Shown here piece after piece: positions 10,105 through 21,747 of a stretch of 64,000 nt of DNA. Source of the DNA: an uncultured Gemmatimonadales bacterium (GTDB lineage Bacteria > Gemmatimonadota > Gemmatimonadetes > Longimicrobiales > RSA9); assembly GCA_963798845.1 (NCBI GenBank), contig CAWCUS010000001.1, forward strand, positions 736,001 through 800,000. Direction: 5' to 3'. The notes beneath the pieces were generated by a model. It was not told the DNA's origin. It saw only the letters and a program-made list of their open reading frames with translations, and did not search any database. The first letter of the stretch is position 1. Every line of letters begins with the position of its first letter. The position numbers were made by a program, and so were the translations under genes.

Positions 10105-10806
10105 ATGACCGAAGCGTCGGGTTTCCGCATCGTTCCCGCGTTCCGCCGGTGGGCGCGGGAGTTCGTCATCATCGTGCTGGGCGTGCTGGTGGCGCTCTGG
10201 GTGGACGGCTGGTACCAGCGCCGCGCGGATCACGAGCGGGAGCGGGTGGACCTCGAGCAGCTCCTGGCTACCACGCGCGAGAACGAAGTCCGTGTCATGG
10301 TCGCCCTGCGCGACGACAGCAGCGCGCTCGCGTCGGCGACTCGACTGCTGACGCTCGTTCACTCGTCGCGCCCGCTCCCCCCCGAGGACACGCTCGGCCG
10401 TCTGCGCAACGACGCCTTCCACTTCTCCGTGTTCTTCCCCATGACGGGGACGTACGCGGCCATCGCGCAGACGGGCGACCTGGGGCTGATCCGGAACGAC
10501 TCTCTGCGGGCGGCGGTGGCGGCTTATTCCGGCGTGCTGGAAGGCACGGCGCAGCAGATCGAGGACTGGACGGACACCTTTCACCGCAACGTCGAGGAGC
10601 TGATCCGGACAGTCCCCATCGGCGGAATCTACGGCGCGGCGTTCGGCGAGGCGGCCGGCGCCGGTGTCTGGCGCTCCGCCGCGCTGCAGCGCGCGCTCCT
10701 GCTCCAGCAGATCATCTCCGCGAATCGCGTCCAGGACCTCCGCCTGCTCCTGGAGCAGACGCGTTCGCTGCGCGCGTCCCTGGAGGCCGAGCAGGCCGGG
10801 TTCTAG
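10105..10806 (+). CDS. Hypothetical protein with one N-terminal TM helix (DUF6090-like start)
   Basis: EFVIIVLGVLVALWVDGW...RE pattern followed by a helical soluble domain; coding-like codon bias. Confidence 0.65.
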   Translation: MTEASGFRIVPAFRRWAREFVIIVLGVLVALWVDGWYQRRADHERERVDLEQLLATTRENEVRVMVALRDDSSALASATRLLTLVHSSRPLPPEDTLGRLRNDAFHFSVFFPMTGTYAAIAQTGDLGLIRNDSLRAAVAAYSGVLEGTAQQIEDWTDTFHRNVEELIRTVPIGGIYGAAFGEAAGAGVWRSAALQRALLLQQIISANRVQDLRLLLEQTRSLRASLEAEQAGF

Positions 10807-11099
10807 CCGCGCCCCGCCGGGGGCCGCCAGTCGTGCTCCGCCGCCACCGGTCCGGTGATGACGTAGATGCGGGCGAAGCTGTGCTTCCGGCAGAAGAGGG
10901 TGCGCCGGGATGCGTCCACGCCCCCGTCGTCGTGGAGCATGGTGTGCCACCCGGAGTCCACCAGCGCGCACCCTTCCGGGCACGCGGTGACGACGTCGTC
11001 GCCCGGAGTCCAGGGCAGCGCCTCGAGGTCCGCGTAGGCGGAAACCTTCCGCCACTGGGCCTCCAGGTCCTTCAGCAGATCCTTCATCAGATCGTCCAT
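10803..11099 (-). CDS. Small hypothetical protein with Cys/His motifs
   Basis: 98 aa, non-low-complexity; CPEGC and FCRKH motifs; convergent 4-bp overlap with the neighbour. Confidence 0.55.
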   Translation of the reverse strand: MDDLMKDLLKDLEAQWRKVSAYADLEALPWTPGDDVVTACPEGCALVDSGWHTMLHDDGGVDASRRTLFCRKHSFARIYVITGPVAAEHDWRPPAGRG

Positions 11100-11212
11100 G
11101 TCCGATTCGTTGTGACAGGGCCCCGGGCCGCCGGTACAGGAAACCTACGGGGCGGCGCGGCCGGCGGACAGGCGCGGTCGCAGCGAGGCCATCACGGTGT
11201 CAGGCCGGCCGG

Positions 11213-11635
11213 TCAGTCGAAGATGTCGGCGAAGATGAGGATCGCTCCGGTGACCACCGTCCCGATCGCGGACTCGATCCAGTAGCCGGTGCTGAACGGC
11301 GGGGTCGCGACGAGGATCGCCGCCGGCTCCCCGGCCCGCACCACCACCCGCTCGGTGTGGTCGATCGCCTGCTTCCGCCGCCCTTCTGAAGCCGTGACCG
11401 TCACCTGGCGCTCGCCCGCCGGGATGCCGCTGATCTCGACCCGCTCGGTGAACCTGTCCTCGACGACGAGCGACCCGTCCACTCGGACGCTCACGGACCG
11501 GATCGGCTCCGTGAACCGGACGATGACCGTTCCCGTCGAACCCGGGCTCGGCGTCTCCGGATACCGGGCCTGCACGTTCGACGCGCACGCCGAGAGGACC
11601 ACCGCCAGCACCAACGACACGATTGGCTTCTTCAC
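11213..11635 (-). CDS. Hypothetical lipoprotein with a C-terminal TM helix
   Basis: AGGAGG ribosome-binding site, GTG start, lipobox LSAC; beta-rich PEGA-like middle; hydrophobic C-terminus. Confidence 0.7.
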   Translation of the reverse strand: MKKPIVSLVLAVVLSACASNVQARYPETPSPGSTGTVIVRFTEPIRSVSVRVDGSLVVEDRFTERVEISGIPAGERQVTVTASEGRRKQAIDHTERVVVRAGEPAAILVATPPFSTGYWIESAIGTVVTGAILIFADIFD

Positions 11636-11777
11636 CGCGCTCTCCCTCCTGGTGAGCGTGTGGATCTCGAACATCGAAGCTGTCGGGTGGGGCGACCCCG
11701 AATATGCCGGCCGCCGTGGGGGTTCACAAGCGATCGCTGGGCGCAGGCATGAGACTGACGGGGCGGTGCAGCGCCCG

Positions 11778-12431
11778 TCACCCGTCGTCGCGCAGCGTGT
11801 CCATCGGGTCGACGCGCGCGGCTCCCCAGGCGGGGAGCAGCGCGGCGGCCATGGCTGCGGCGGCGAGGACGAGGGCGGCGGCGGCGAGGGTGCCGGGGTC
11901 GCCGGGCGTGACGCCGTAGAGGAACCCGGCGAGCAGTCGCGTGGTCGCCAGGGCGAGGGCGACGCCGAGCCCCAGGCCCAGGGCGACGAGGACTCCGGCC
12001 TCTCCGGCCACCATCGCCAGCACCCTCCGCCGTGCCGCGCCGAGCGCCATGCGGATGCCGATCTCGCCGCGGCGGCGGGTTACGGCGTAGGCGAGGGTCC
12101 CGTAGAGCCCGATCACGGCGAGCAGCAGAGCGAGGGCGCCGAAGAAGGCGGACAGCGTCGCCAGGAGCCGCGGCCGGGCCAGCGACGCCGAGAGCTGGTC
12201 CGCCAGCGTGGTGATGTCCACCGTGAGAGCGGGGCTCACTCCGGCGACGGCGTCCTTCACCTCCGGGATGAGCGCCCCGGGATCGCCGAAGCCTCGGACC
12301 TCGAGGATCAGGTCGGGCGGCGCGTCGTCGCTCTGAGCGAAGGGGATGAACGCGGTGGGAGGCGGCTCCTCCGTCAGGGAATTGTACTTCACGTCGCCCA
12401 CCACGCCCACGACTTCGATGGGGTCTCTCAC
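11778..12431 (-). pseudogene. C-terminal fragment of an ADOP/MacB-FtsX-type ABC permease
   Basis: Begins mid-domain at EVVGVVGDVKY; FGALALLLAVIGLYG...RRRGEIGIRMALGA...ARVDPMDTLR. About a quarter the length of the intact paralogue at 25233, with no homologous N-terminus upstream. Confidence 0.7.
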
Positions 12432-12533
12432 GGTCAGGTGAGCTACTGGGAAACGGCGGCGCTGGAGGAGGAAAGCCGGGTGCCGGCGCTGCTGAAGCGG
12501 CTGCGCTCGACGTGGGTGGAAGTGCTGCCGTCG

Positions 12534-12698
12534 TCAGCGGAGGGAGAGCTGGAGGCCGACGGCCACGGCGTGGCGTCCGGTGCCGCCGAGGACGAAGAGG
12601 TGCCAGACCGCGTGGTCGTAGCGCCGCGGCGAAGGGTACAACCGCGTCCCCGCCGTGTGGGCCTCGCCGCCGGGCAGCAGGCAGGAGATCGCCGCGAC
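12534..12698 (-). pseudogene. Degenerate C-terminal fragment of a hemolysin III/PAQR-family membrane protein
   Basis: LLPGGEAHTAGTRLYPSPRRYDHAVWHLFVLGGTGRHAVAV resembles the family C-terminus (GG..YT.G..FY......HA.WH.FVL.G...H); upstream part absent. Confidence 0.6.
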
Positions 12699-12724
12699 CA
12701 CTGGCGTCGGTGTTTCGGCCCAGT

Positions 12725-12880
12725 GGTCGGTTTTCGGGCGTGGAGGCCGCTTATCAAACACTCGATCGACCGCCGCCAGAGCGAAGGGTCGGTTTCCGGC
12801 GCTGAGACGCGGAAACCGACCACCGGGCGAGCTGGCACCGCCGACTGGTCGCTTCCGGCCCCCTCCGGGCTCCACGCCTG
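12725..12880. repeat. REP-like palindromic cluster A (GGTCG...CGACC units at about 60-62 bp spacing)
   Basis: GGTCG starts at 12725, 12787 and 12847; unit 12787-12821 has perfect 12-bp arms GGTCGGTTTCCG / CGGAAACCGACC. Confidence 0.6.
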
Positions 12881-12949
12881 ACCCCGCGTCCGGTCTTCCT
12901 CACCTCTCGATCACGCTGCGGGCACCGGCCCCCCGGCTCCCCATCGCGG

Positions 12950-13687
12950 CTAGACGGCGTGCACGGGCTCGCGCCTCGCCGGCTCCGCCGGCCGCCGCAC
13001 CCCGCGCGCCAGCAGGTACACCGTGAACGAAAGCTCCCCGATCACGGCGGGCACCAGGACGATGTTGGCCAGGACGTCCGCGTGCTGGGGCGCCAGCAGG
13101 TTGCCGAAGCTGTCGACCAGATAGCCGGCGCCGGCCAGGGCGAGGAGCGCGCCGAGGATGGCGGGGAAGTAGTCGGCCTTCCACACCAGCCAGCCCAGCA
13201 CGACGAGGTGGAAGCCGAAGAAGAGCTGCCAGATCAGCACGCCGAACTCCCGGCTCTCGAGCGCCAGCATCGCCAGCGCCTGCAGCTGCTCCGGCCGGAA
13301 CGCCTCCAGGTACGTGGCCCCGCCGAGCAGCGCCAGCGCGAATATCCCGCCGAGCAGGTTCACGCCCTGGATCACCGCCTCGCCCAGCCGCGCCGACGCC
13401 GCAACCAGCGCCGCGCCCCGACTCACCGGCCGCGTGAGCAGGTAGAGCAGCACCGTCAGCGCCACTTCCACCAGCACGATCACGCCGTCCACGGCGACGC
13501 CGGCGCGCAGCAGCCCGCCGGACGCCGCCACGTTCGCCGCCGTGGCCGCCGCGTCGCCGGCCACCAGGATCCGGCCGGGGACGTACATGATGCTGAACGG
13601 CCCCAGGAAGAAGAGGGCGAGGTAGAGGACGCCAGCGAAGCGCGCGGTCCGGGACAGGGCACGGACGTCGGTGGGGGCGTCGGTCAT
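12950..13687 (-). CDS. DUF4386-family membrane protein
   Basis: ARFAGVLYL, ILVAGDAAATAANV, LFFGFHL..LGWLV, VIGELSFTVYLLARGV. Confidence 0.8.
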   Translation of the reverse strand: MTDAPTDVRALSRTARFAGVLYLALFFLGPFSIMYVPGRILVAGDAAATAANVAASGGLLRAGVAVDGVIVLVEVALTVLLYLLTRPVSRGAALVAASARLGEAVIQGVNLLGGIFALALLGGATYLEAFRPEQLQALAMLALESREFGVLIWQLFFGFHLVVLGWLVWKADYFPAILGALLALAGAGYLVDSFGNLLAPQHADVLANIVLVPAVIGELSFTVYLLARGVRRPAEPARREPVHAV

Positions 13688-13983
13688 GGACTGGCTCCGG
13701 GTCGGGGGATCGGGTCCGCGGCTCCACGGGGTCGATGCGCGTCTGGGCGCGCTCCGGGCGACAATACGCCCCCGGCCCGCGCAGGCCAACCCGCTCGTCG
13801 TTCCGCTGTCTCCGGTCTGGGGTACGGCCGTCGGCGGAGTGTGGGAGTGGCGATCCGGCGTTTCAAGCGGCGGAATCCCCACCCCGTCTGTAACGATGCG
13901 GCAGGGTCGCGCGTCTGCGAAGTATGTCGGCCTGTGGGGGTACCTGCGCCGACGATCTCACCGTGGAAGAGGGGAGCGCTGCC

Positions 13984-14559
13984 ATGCGAGCGATGCTGCA
14001 CGCCACGCTGTTCGTCCTTGTTCTTTCGTGCGCCCCGTCCGCTGTGGCGGCCCAGAGCTACGCCACCGACCAGGGGTCCGTGATCCTGGGCGGCTCGGGG
14101 AGCTGGATGAGCCGCGGCGGGGATGCCAACGAGAACATGGGCGGGGACCGCGTGAACACGCTGACGCTGAATCCCTACGTCCTGTATTTCATGTCGCCGG
14201 GGCTGGGGATCGGCGGCGACCTGGTGCTGTCGCGAACGGCGCAGGGGGACAGCCACGCCACCACCGTGGGCGTGGGGCCGACGGTCGCCTACTACTTCGG
14301 CGGACCGGACGCCAGCACCCGGCCGTTCGTCGAGGGCAACGCGTCCTATCGGTCATCCACGGCCGATTTCGGTGGCGGCTCCGACACGGCTACCGGCTAC
14401 GGCTTCGGCGCCGGGGTGGGCGCGGCGTTCATGCTCTCGCCCACCGTCGCGCTGACGGTCGAGGGCGTGTACCAGTGGGAGCGCCTGTCGTTCAACGACG
14501 TGGACATCGACGGCAACGGGATCGGCATCCAGCTCGGGATCGCGGCCTTCCTGTTCTGA
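13984..14559 (+). CDS. Outer-membrane beta-barrel protein (OmpA-TM/porin-like, about 8 strands)
   Basis: Signal peptide ending AAQ, alternating beta-strand pattern, C-terminal Phe. Confidence 0.8.
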   Translation: MRAMLHATLFVLVLSCAPSAVAAQSYATDQGSVILGGSGSWMSRGGDANENMGGDRVNTLTLNPYVLYFMSPGLGIGGDLVLSRTAQGDSHATTVGVGPTVAYYFGGPDASTRPFVEGNASYRSSTADFGGGSDTATGYGFGAGVGAAFMLSPTVALTVEGVYQWERLSFNDVDIDGNGIGIQLGIAAFLF

Positions 14560-14592
14560 GCGGCGGGGGCCGGCGGGCGACCGGTCGCCGGC

Positions 14593-15369
14593 TCAGGCGG
14601 TGTAGCCGCCGTCCACCAGGAGGTCGGTGCCGGTGATGTAGGAAGCGTCGTCCGAGGCGAGGAAGAGGATGGCGGCGGCGACCTCCGCCGCGTCGGCGAA
14701 TCGGCCGAATGGCGTGCTCGCGGCGAGGGCTTCATACGCCCCGCCCTCGCCGTGCTCCCGCATCATCTCCTGGAAGAACGGCATGGCGTGCCAAAGCGGC
14801 GTGACCACGCCGGCGGGTACCACGGTGTTGACGCGGATGTGGTGGACCGCGCACTCCACGGCCACGCTTTTCGCGAAGTGCTGGAGCGCCGCCTTGCTCG
14901 AGCCGTAGGCGCTGGCGCCCGCGCTGGCCTTCACGCCGGACGCGGACGACACGAGGACGATGCTCCCGCCCCCGCCGCGCTCTTTCATGGCGCGGATCGC
15001 GTGCTTTGTTCCCAGGAACGCGCCGTCCAGGTTCACGGCGTGGACGTGGCGCCATTCCTCGAGCGACATCTCGTCCACCGGCTTCGCGAAGGAGATCCCG
15101 GCGCTGGCGACGAGCACGTCCAGCCCGCCCCAGGCCTCCACCACTTCGACGATCGCGGACTCCCAGTCGGCCTCCCGCCGCACGTCCAGCACGCGGGCGA
15201 AGCCGTCCCCGCCCCGGTCCCGAATCGCGGTGGCCACGGCCTCGGCCTTGCCGCCGTCCAGGTCGGTGACCGCCACGCGGGCGCCCTCGGCCGCGAACCG
15301 CTCCGCCGTGGCGCGCCCGATCCCCGAGCCCGCGCCGGTCAGCAGGGCGGACTTCCCTTCAAGCCGCAT
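14593..15369 (-). CDS. Short-chain dehydrogenase/reductase (classical SDR)
   Basis: TGAGSGIG, YGSSKAA, ILFLASDDASYITG. Confidence 0.93.
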   Translation of the reverse strand: MRLEGKSALLTGAGSGIGRATAERFAAEGARVAVTDLDGGKAEAVATAIRDRGGDGFARVLDVRREADWESAIVEVVEAWGGLDVLVASAGISFAKPVDEMSLEEWRHVHAVNLDGAFLGTKHAIRAMKERGGGGSIVLVSSASGVKASAGASAYGSSKAALQHFAKSVAVECAVHHIRVNTVVPAGVVTPLWHAMPFFQEMMREHGEGGAYEALAASTPFGRFADAAEVAAAILFLASDDASYITGTDLLVDGGYTA

Positions 15370-15522
15370 CTTCCGCCTCTCTCACCCGTGTCCGTGTCCG
15401 TCCGCCGTGCCCGGGTCCGGCGTTTGCCGGAGGTGGTGCCGAAGCTCTGAGGCTCCGGCCTGGTCCGGGAAGATCCTGACACGCCAGACGGAGCACGGGC
15501 ACGGACACGCAGAGCCGCGGCG

Positions 15523-18057
15523 CTACTCGCCCGGGTGGTAAACCCGCTCCGTGTGCCCCTTCAGCTGCGTCGGGTAAAAGTACACGTCGCGCAGGCTGCC
15601 CATGGCGTAGATGGCCGCCTCGTCGTCGAAATGGGGCGAATCGGGGTGCCCGCTCTCGCCACCGGCCGTCAACGCCCTCGCCCTAACGCTGTCGCCGAAC
15701 TCCACCACGGCCACGAAGCTGTTCCCGCTGGTGCCGTACCACTTCTTCGTGTCCGGGTACGGGCGGGCGCCGAACGACGCCAGCGAGCCCCACACCGCGG
15801 ACGTGAACGGGACAGGGATGCTGTGGGCGTCGTCGTCGAAATGGGGCCCGATGTCGGGGGAGATGCGCTGGAAGCGGTTGATGTGCCCCCACGGCGTCTC
15901 CCACGCGCCGAAGTCTGCGTCGAGCCGGTCCACGGCATCGGAGAGCGACGACAGCAGCAGCGACGCTGGCGCCCGGTCGGCCACCCAGCGCGGCGGCGAC
16001 ATGGAGTCCGGGCGGTCCGTGGCCCGGTACGCTTCGCGCAGCATGGCGGTGCCCCAGAACACCGCGAGCGACGTGGGCACGGAGCTCACGCCCCAGCGGT
16101 GGTCCCACTGGCGCAGCCGCGCGATCGGACCGGCGAGCTTCGCGCGCAGCGTGTCGTCGGCGGGGAGCGCGTCGTACGCCTTCAGCAGGGACGGGATCGT
16201 GACGGCGAACCAGGGCAGGAAGCTGTCGAAACCCAGCTCCGTGAGCGTCGCCCGGGTGAACGGGTCGTGGTCCGGGAGCAGCTTCAGCGCGTGCAGTCCG
16301 CGCGCGGTCTCGTAGCGACCGCGCTCCACGTACTCCGGGTAGTCCTCGCGCACCGGACTGTCCGGCCCCGCCGCGGACCACGGCCAGTTGTTGGAGTTGT
16401 AGACCCAGCCCACGTCCGGGTTGACGGCGTTGGGCGTCTCGTCGATGGAGAGGACGCCGTCGTACGAGGTCTTCGGGTCGTCGCCCGGGACCGGCTGGTT
16501 CCAGTCGAACGCCGTGTCGCGCCGGGGGATGTAGTTGGAGTGCAGATAGGCAATGTTGCCGGACGCGTCGGCATAGACGGTATTGTTCGACGCGTTCGTG
16601 TGCAGCTTCATGATGTCCAGGAACGCGTCCAGGTCCTTCGCCTTCGTGCGCGTGTACGACTGCGTCAGCGCGTCCACCGGGCTCCACATCAGGCTCACCG
16701 TCTGCCACTTGTCCCCGTTCCGGGCGACGACAGGCCCGTGCTGTGTGTAGTAGACCGTGAACCTGCGCTCGGCCGTGGAGCCGTCGCCGGCCCGGTACTG
16801 GATGGTCACCGGCTTCGTCGCCATGGGCAGGTCGCGGCCGCCGTAGCGGTGGAACATCCGCCCGCCCTTCTCCACCACGGTCTCGTCGAACCAGTCAATG
16901 TTGTCCACCCCGCTCGACGTGTGCATCCACCCGGCCGTGCGGTTGAAGCCCTGGTAGATGAAGAACTGCCCCCACGTCACCGCGCCGTACGCGTCCAGCC
17001 CCTCGTCGCTCGTCATCTGGAGCTCGCTCCGGAAGTAGAACGACGTGTGCGGATTGATGAAGAGCAGCGCGTGGCCGTCCAGCGTCTTCTTCGGCGCGAT
17101 GGCGAACCCGTTCGACCCCCGCGGCTCCCCGTCCGCGGCCCTTTGCTCCTGCTGCTCGAGGTAGGCGACGAGCGCTGAGGCCGGCGACGCGGCCCGGGCT
17201 GGCTGCGCGGGCCCCGCGGCGTTCGCGGCCGCCACGGCGTTCGCGGGCCCGACGGCGTTCGCGGGCGCGACGGCGTTCGCGGCCGCCGACGGCGTTCGCG
17301 GGCCGCGACGGCGTTCGGGGCCCCGGCGGCGTTCGCGGCCGCGACGGCGTTCGCGGGCCCCGGCGGCGTTCGCGGCCGCGACGGCGTTCGCGGGCGCGAC
17401 GGCGTTCGCGGACCCGGTCGTCCGCTGGCCACCGGGGGCGGCCGAGCCCGTCGTCGCCTGGCTGCCGTAGAAGTCCTCGAGGCCCCGGAGGTCGATGCGC
17501 TCAATGTCGCCGCCGATGCTCCCCTCCGTGAACGAGAGCGCCATCCACGGCTCGTAGCGCTGGATGGTGGTGCGGTCCGCGTCGGGGTGCTTGTAGAGAT
17601 AGAAGTTCAGCCCGTCCGCGAACGCGTCCATGAGCTTCTTGAGCGACGCGGGGCTTCTCGCGTACATGGCCTTCAGCGAGTCCGGGTCGGCGTACATGCG
17701 CGACCGCAGGTCGAGCCAGATCCCGTCCTCGCCCGTGGCCAGGGCGGTGCGGCCAAGCGCGAATGCGTAGTTGGCCTCGATGCGCGGGTAGTCGTCCTCT
17801 GCCTGGGCGTACTCCATGCCGAACACCGCGTCGGCGTCGGTGGAGGCGCGCACGTGGGCGATGCCCCAGTCGTCGCGCGTGATGGTGACGCGGGCGGCCC
17901 TGGCCTCCCAGCGCGCGGTCTCCTCCGGAGACGGAGCGGCGGCTCGGGCGCTCGACGATGATGCCGCGCCCGCCTGGGCCCGGGCGGGGGGTGGTGCGGC
18001 CAGACTCGAGAGGGCCAGGGTCGCGGCGGCCACCACGGCCGGGATGAGCTTCTTCAT
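15523..18057 (-). CDS. Penicillin acylase family (S45) Ntn hydrolase, exported
   Basis: Signal peptide MKKLIPA; ITRDDWGIAHV; beta-chain N-terminus G|SNGFAIAP (Ser at 17113-17115); NPHTSF; GWMHTSS. Confidence 0.9.
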   Translation of the reverse strand: MKKLIPAVVAAATLALSSLAAPPPARAQAGAASSSSARAAAPSPEETARWEARAARVTITRDDWGIAHVRASTDADAVFGMEYAQAEDDYPRIEANYAFALGRTALATGEDGIWLDLRSRMYADPDSLKAMYARSPASLKKLMDAFADGLNFYLYKHPDADRTTIQRYEPWMALSFTEGSIGGDIERIDLRGLEDFYGSQATTGSAAPGGQRTTGSANAVAPANAVAAANAAGARERRRGRERRRGPERRRGPRTPSAAANAVAPANAVGPANAVAAANAAGPAQPARAASPASALVAYLEQQEQRAADGEPRGSNGFAIAPKKTLDGHALLFINPHTSFYFRSELQMTSDEGLDAYGAVTWGQFFIYQGFNRTAGWMHTSSGVDNIDWFDETVVEKGGRMFHRYGGRDLPMATKPVTIQYRAGDGSTAERRFTVYYTQHGPVVARNGDKWQTVSLMWSPVDALTQSYTRTKAKDLDAFLDIMKLHTNASNNTVYADASGNIAYLHSNYIPRRDTAFDWNQPVPGDDPKTSYDGVLSIDETPNAVNPDVGWVYNSNNWPWSAAGPDSPVREDYPEYVERGRYETARGLHALKLLPDHDPFTRATLTELGFDSFLPWFAVTIPSLLKAYDALPADDTLRAKLAGPIARLRQWDHRWGVSSVPTSLAVFWGTAMLREAYRATDRPDSMSPPRWVADRAPASLLLSSLSDAVDRLDADFGAWETPWGHINRFQRISPDIGPHFDDDAHSIPVPFTSAVWGSLASFGARPYPDTKKWYGTSGNSFVAVVEFGDSVRARALTAGGESGHPDSPHFDDEAAIYAMGSLRDVYFYPTQLKGHTERVYHPGE
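17206..17410 (-). repeat. Intragenic 18/19-bp tandem repeat (ANAVAx) x11 in the acylase spacer
   Basis: Eleven units ending CGGCGTTC on the + strand; three are 19 bp, giving a net +3 that keeps the frame. Confidence 0.9.
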
Positions 18058-18474
18058 GAACGGCTCCGGAAGGCGATTCGGCGTCAGGGTACGGCCTCGA
18101 TCCGACAGGACGATATGACGGCGCGACGGAGAGACGTCAAGGCGGAACGGCAATGGAGGCGGCAGGGGTCCCGTCGAGGGCCACGGGCGGCGCCGACTCC
18201 TGGAAACCCCCGCCCCCGCCACCACGGACCGGGTGCGGCGGTGGTTTTCGGCACATGGTACGGGAAACGCCCGAGGGGGTGAGGGCGCCGGAGCGGCCCC
18301 GGGCGTTTACCTGACTATTTGTGCACAACGCCCGTCCCGTCCCGGGAACCCGCGCGGCCGCGGGACTTGTTCGCACGCCGCCGCCCCGCCGCGGCCGCCA
18401 TGCTTGTAGACGGCGGACGCTGGCGTTAGCGTGGTTCCCGGCGAACCTCGCTGCACGCGTTACCGGAGGAATCC

Positions 18475-18888
18475 ATGCGCAACCGAGCGGCCGTCGCGGC
18501 GCTGGGGATGGCCGCGGTCCTGACGATCCTCGCCTGCGGCTCGGACAGCACCGGGCCGGACAACGGCGCGCCCAACGTCCCGGTGATCGGCAACGGGCCG
18601 AACGCGTTCGGGTTCGCCGTTCTCGCGGACGGGCTGACGCTCGACCGGACGTACCAACTTTCCTTCACGAGCGACTCCAGCAGCATCGGCCTGGCGGTGT
18701 CCGGCTACGGCGGCGGGGCGGGCACGTTCGAGCTGTTCGACGAGGCTCACGCGCTCCTTTTCGCCCGTCCCCTCAACGGCAACATCGCCGAGGGCCAGGC
18801 CGACGTTCGCGTCGGCCGACCGGCGGAGGTGCGGCTCCGTTTCACCGGCTACACGGGCAGCGTCGCCATAGGTGTCAACGGCGATTGA
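18475..18888 (+). CDS. Hypothetical lipoprotein
   Basis: GGAGG ribosome-binding site, lipobox ILAC, beta-rich mature domain. Confidence 0.75.
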   Translation: MRNRAAVAALGMAAVLTILACGSDSTGPDNGAPNVPVIGNGPNAFGFAVLADGLTLDRTYQLSFTSDSSSIGLAVSGYGGGAGTFELFDEAHALLFARPLNGNIAEGQADVRVGRPAEVRLRFTGYTGSVAIGVNGD

Positions 18889-18894
18889 GACCGT

Positions 18895-21549
<2,655 letters not shown>

Positions 21550-21747
21550 GGGCTTTCCCCTGTCGACGGATCGGACGAGCGCGCCCGGCCACCACGCCGG
21601 GCAGAGGCCGGGTACCCCTTCCATGGGACGAAGGTTCGCCCTTCGGCCGCGGGTCTCCGCCGCCGGGGTGGGCGGCGAGCTCGGCGGCCGGGTCGGCGGC
21701 TGGCGATGCGGGCCGGCCCGATGCGCGGGCGGCGCTCGTCGCCCGGA

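Noticed and set aside
12725..12880. CRISPR array interpretation of the periodic palindromes (also 30305-30440)
   Set aside because: Only 2-3 strongly divergent units per site and no cas genes in the window; REP-like is more parsimonious.
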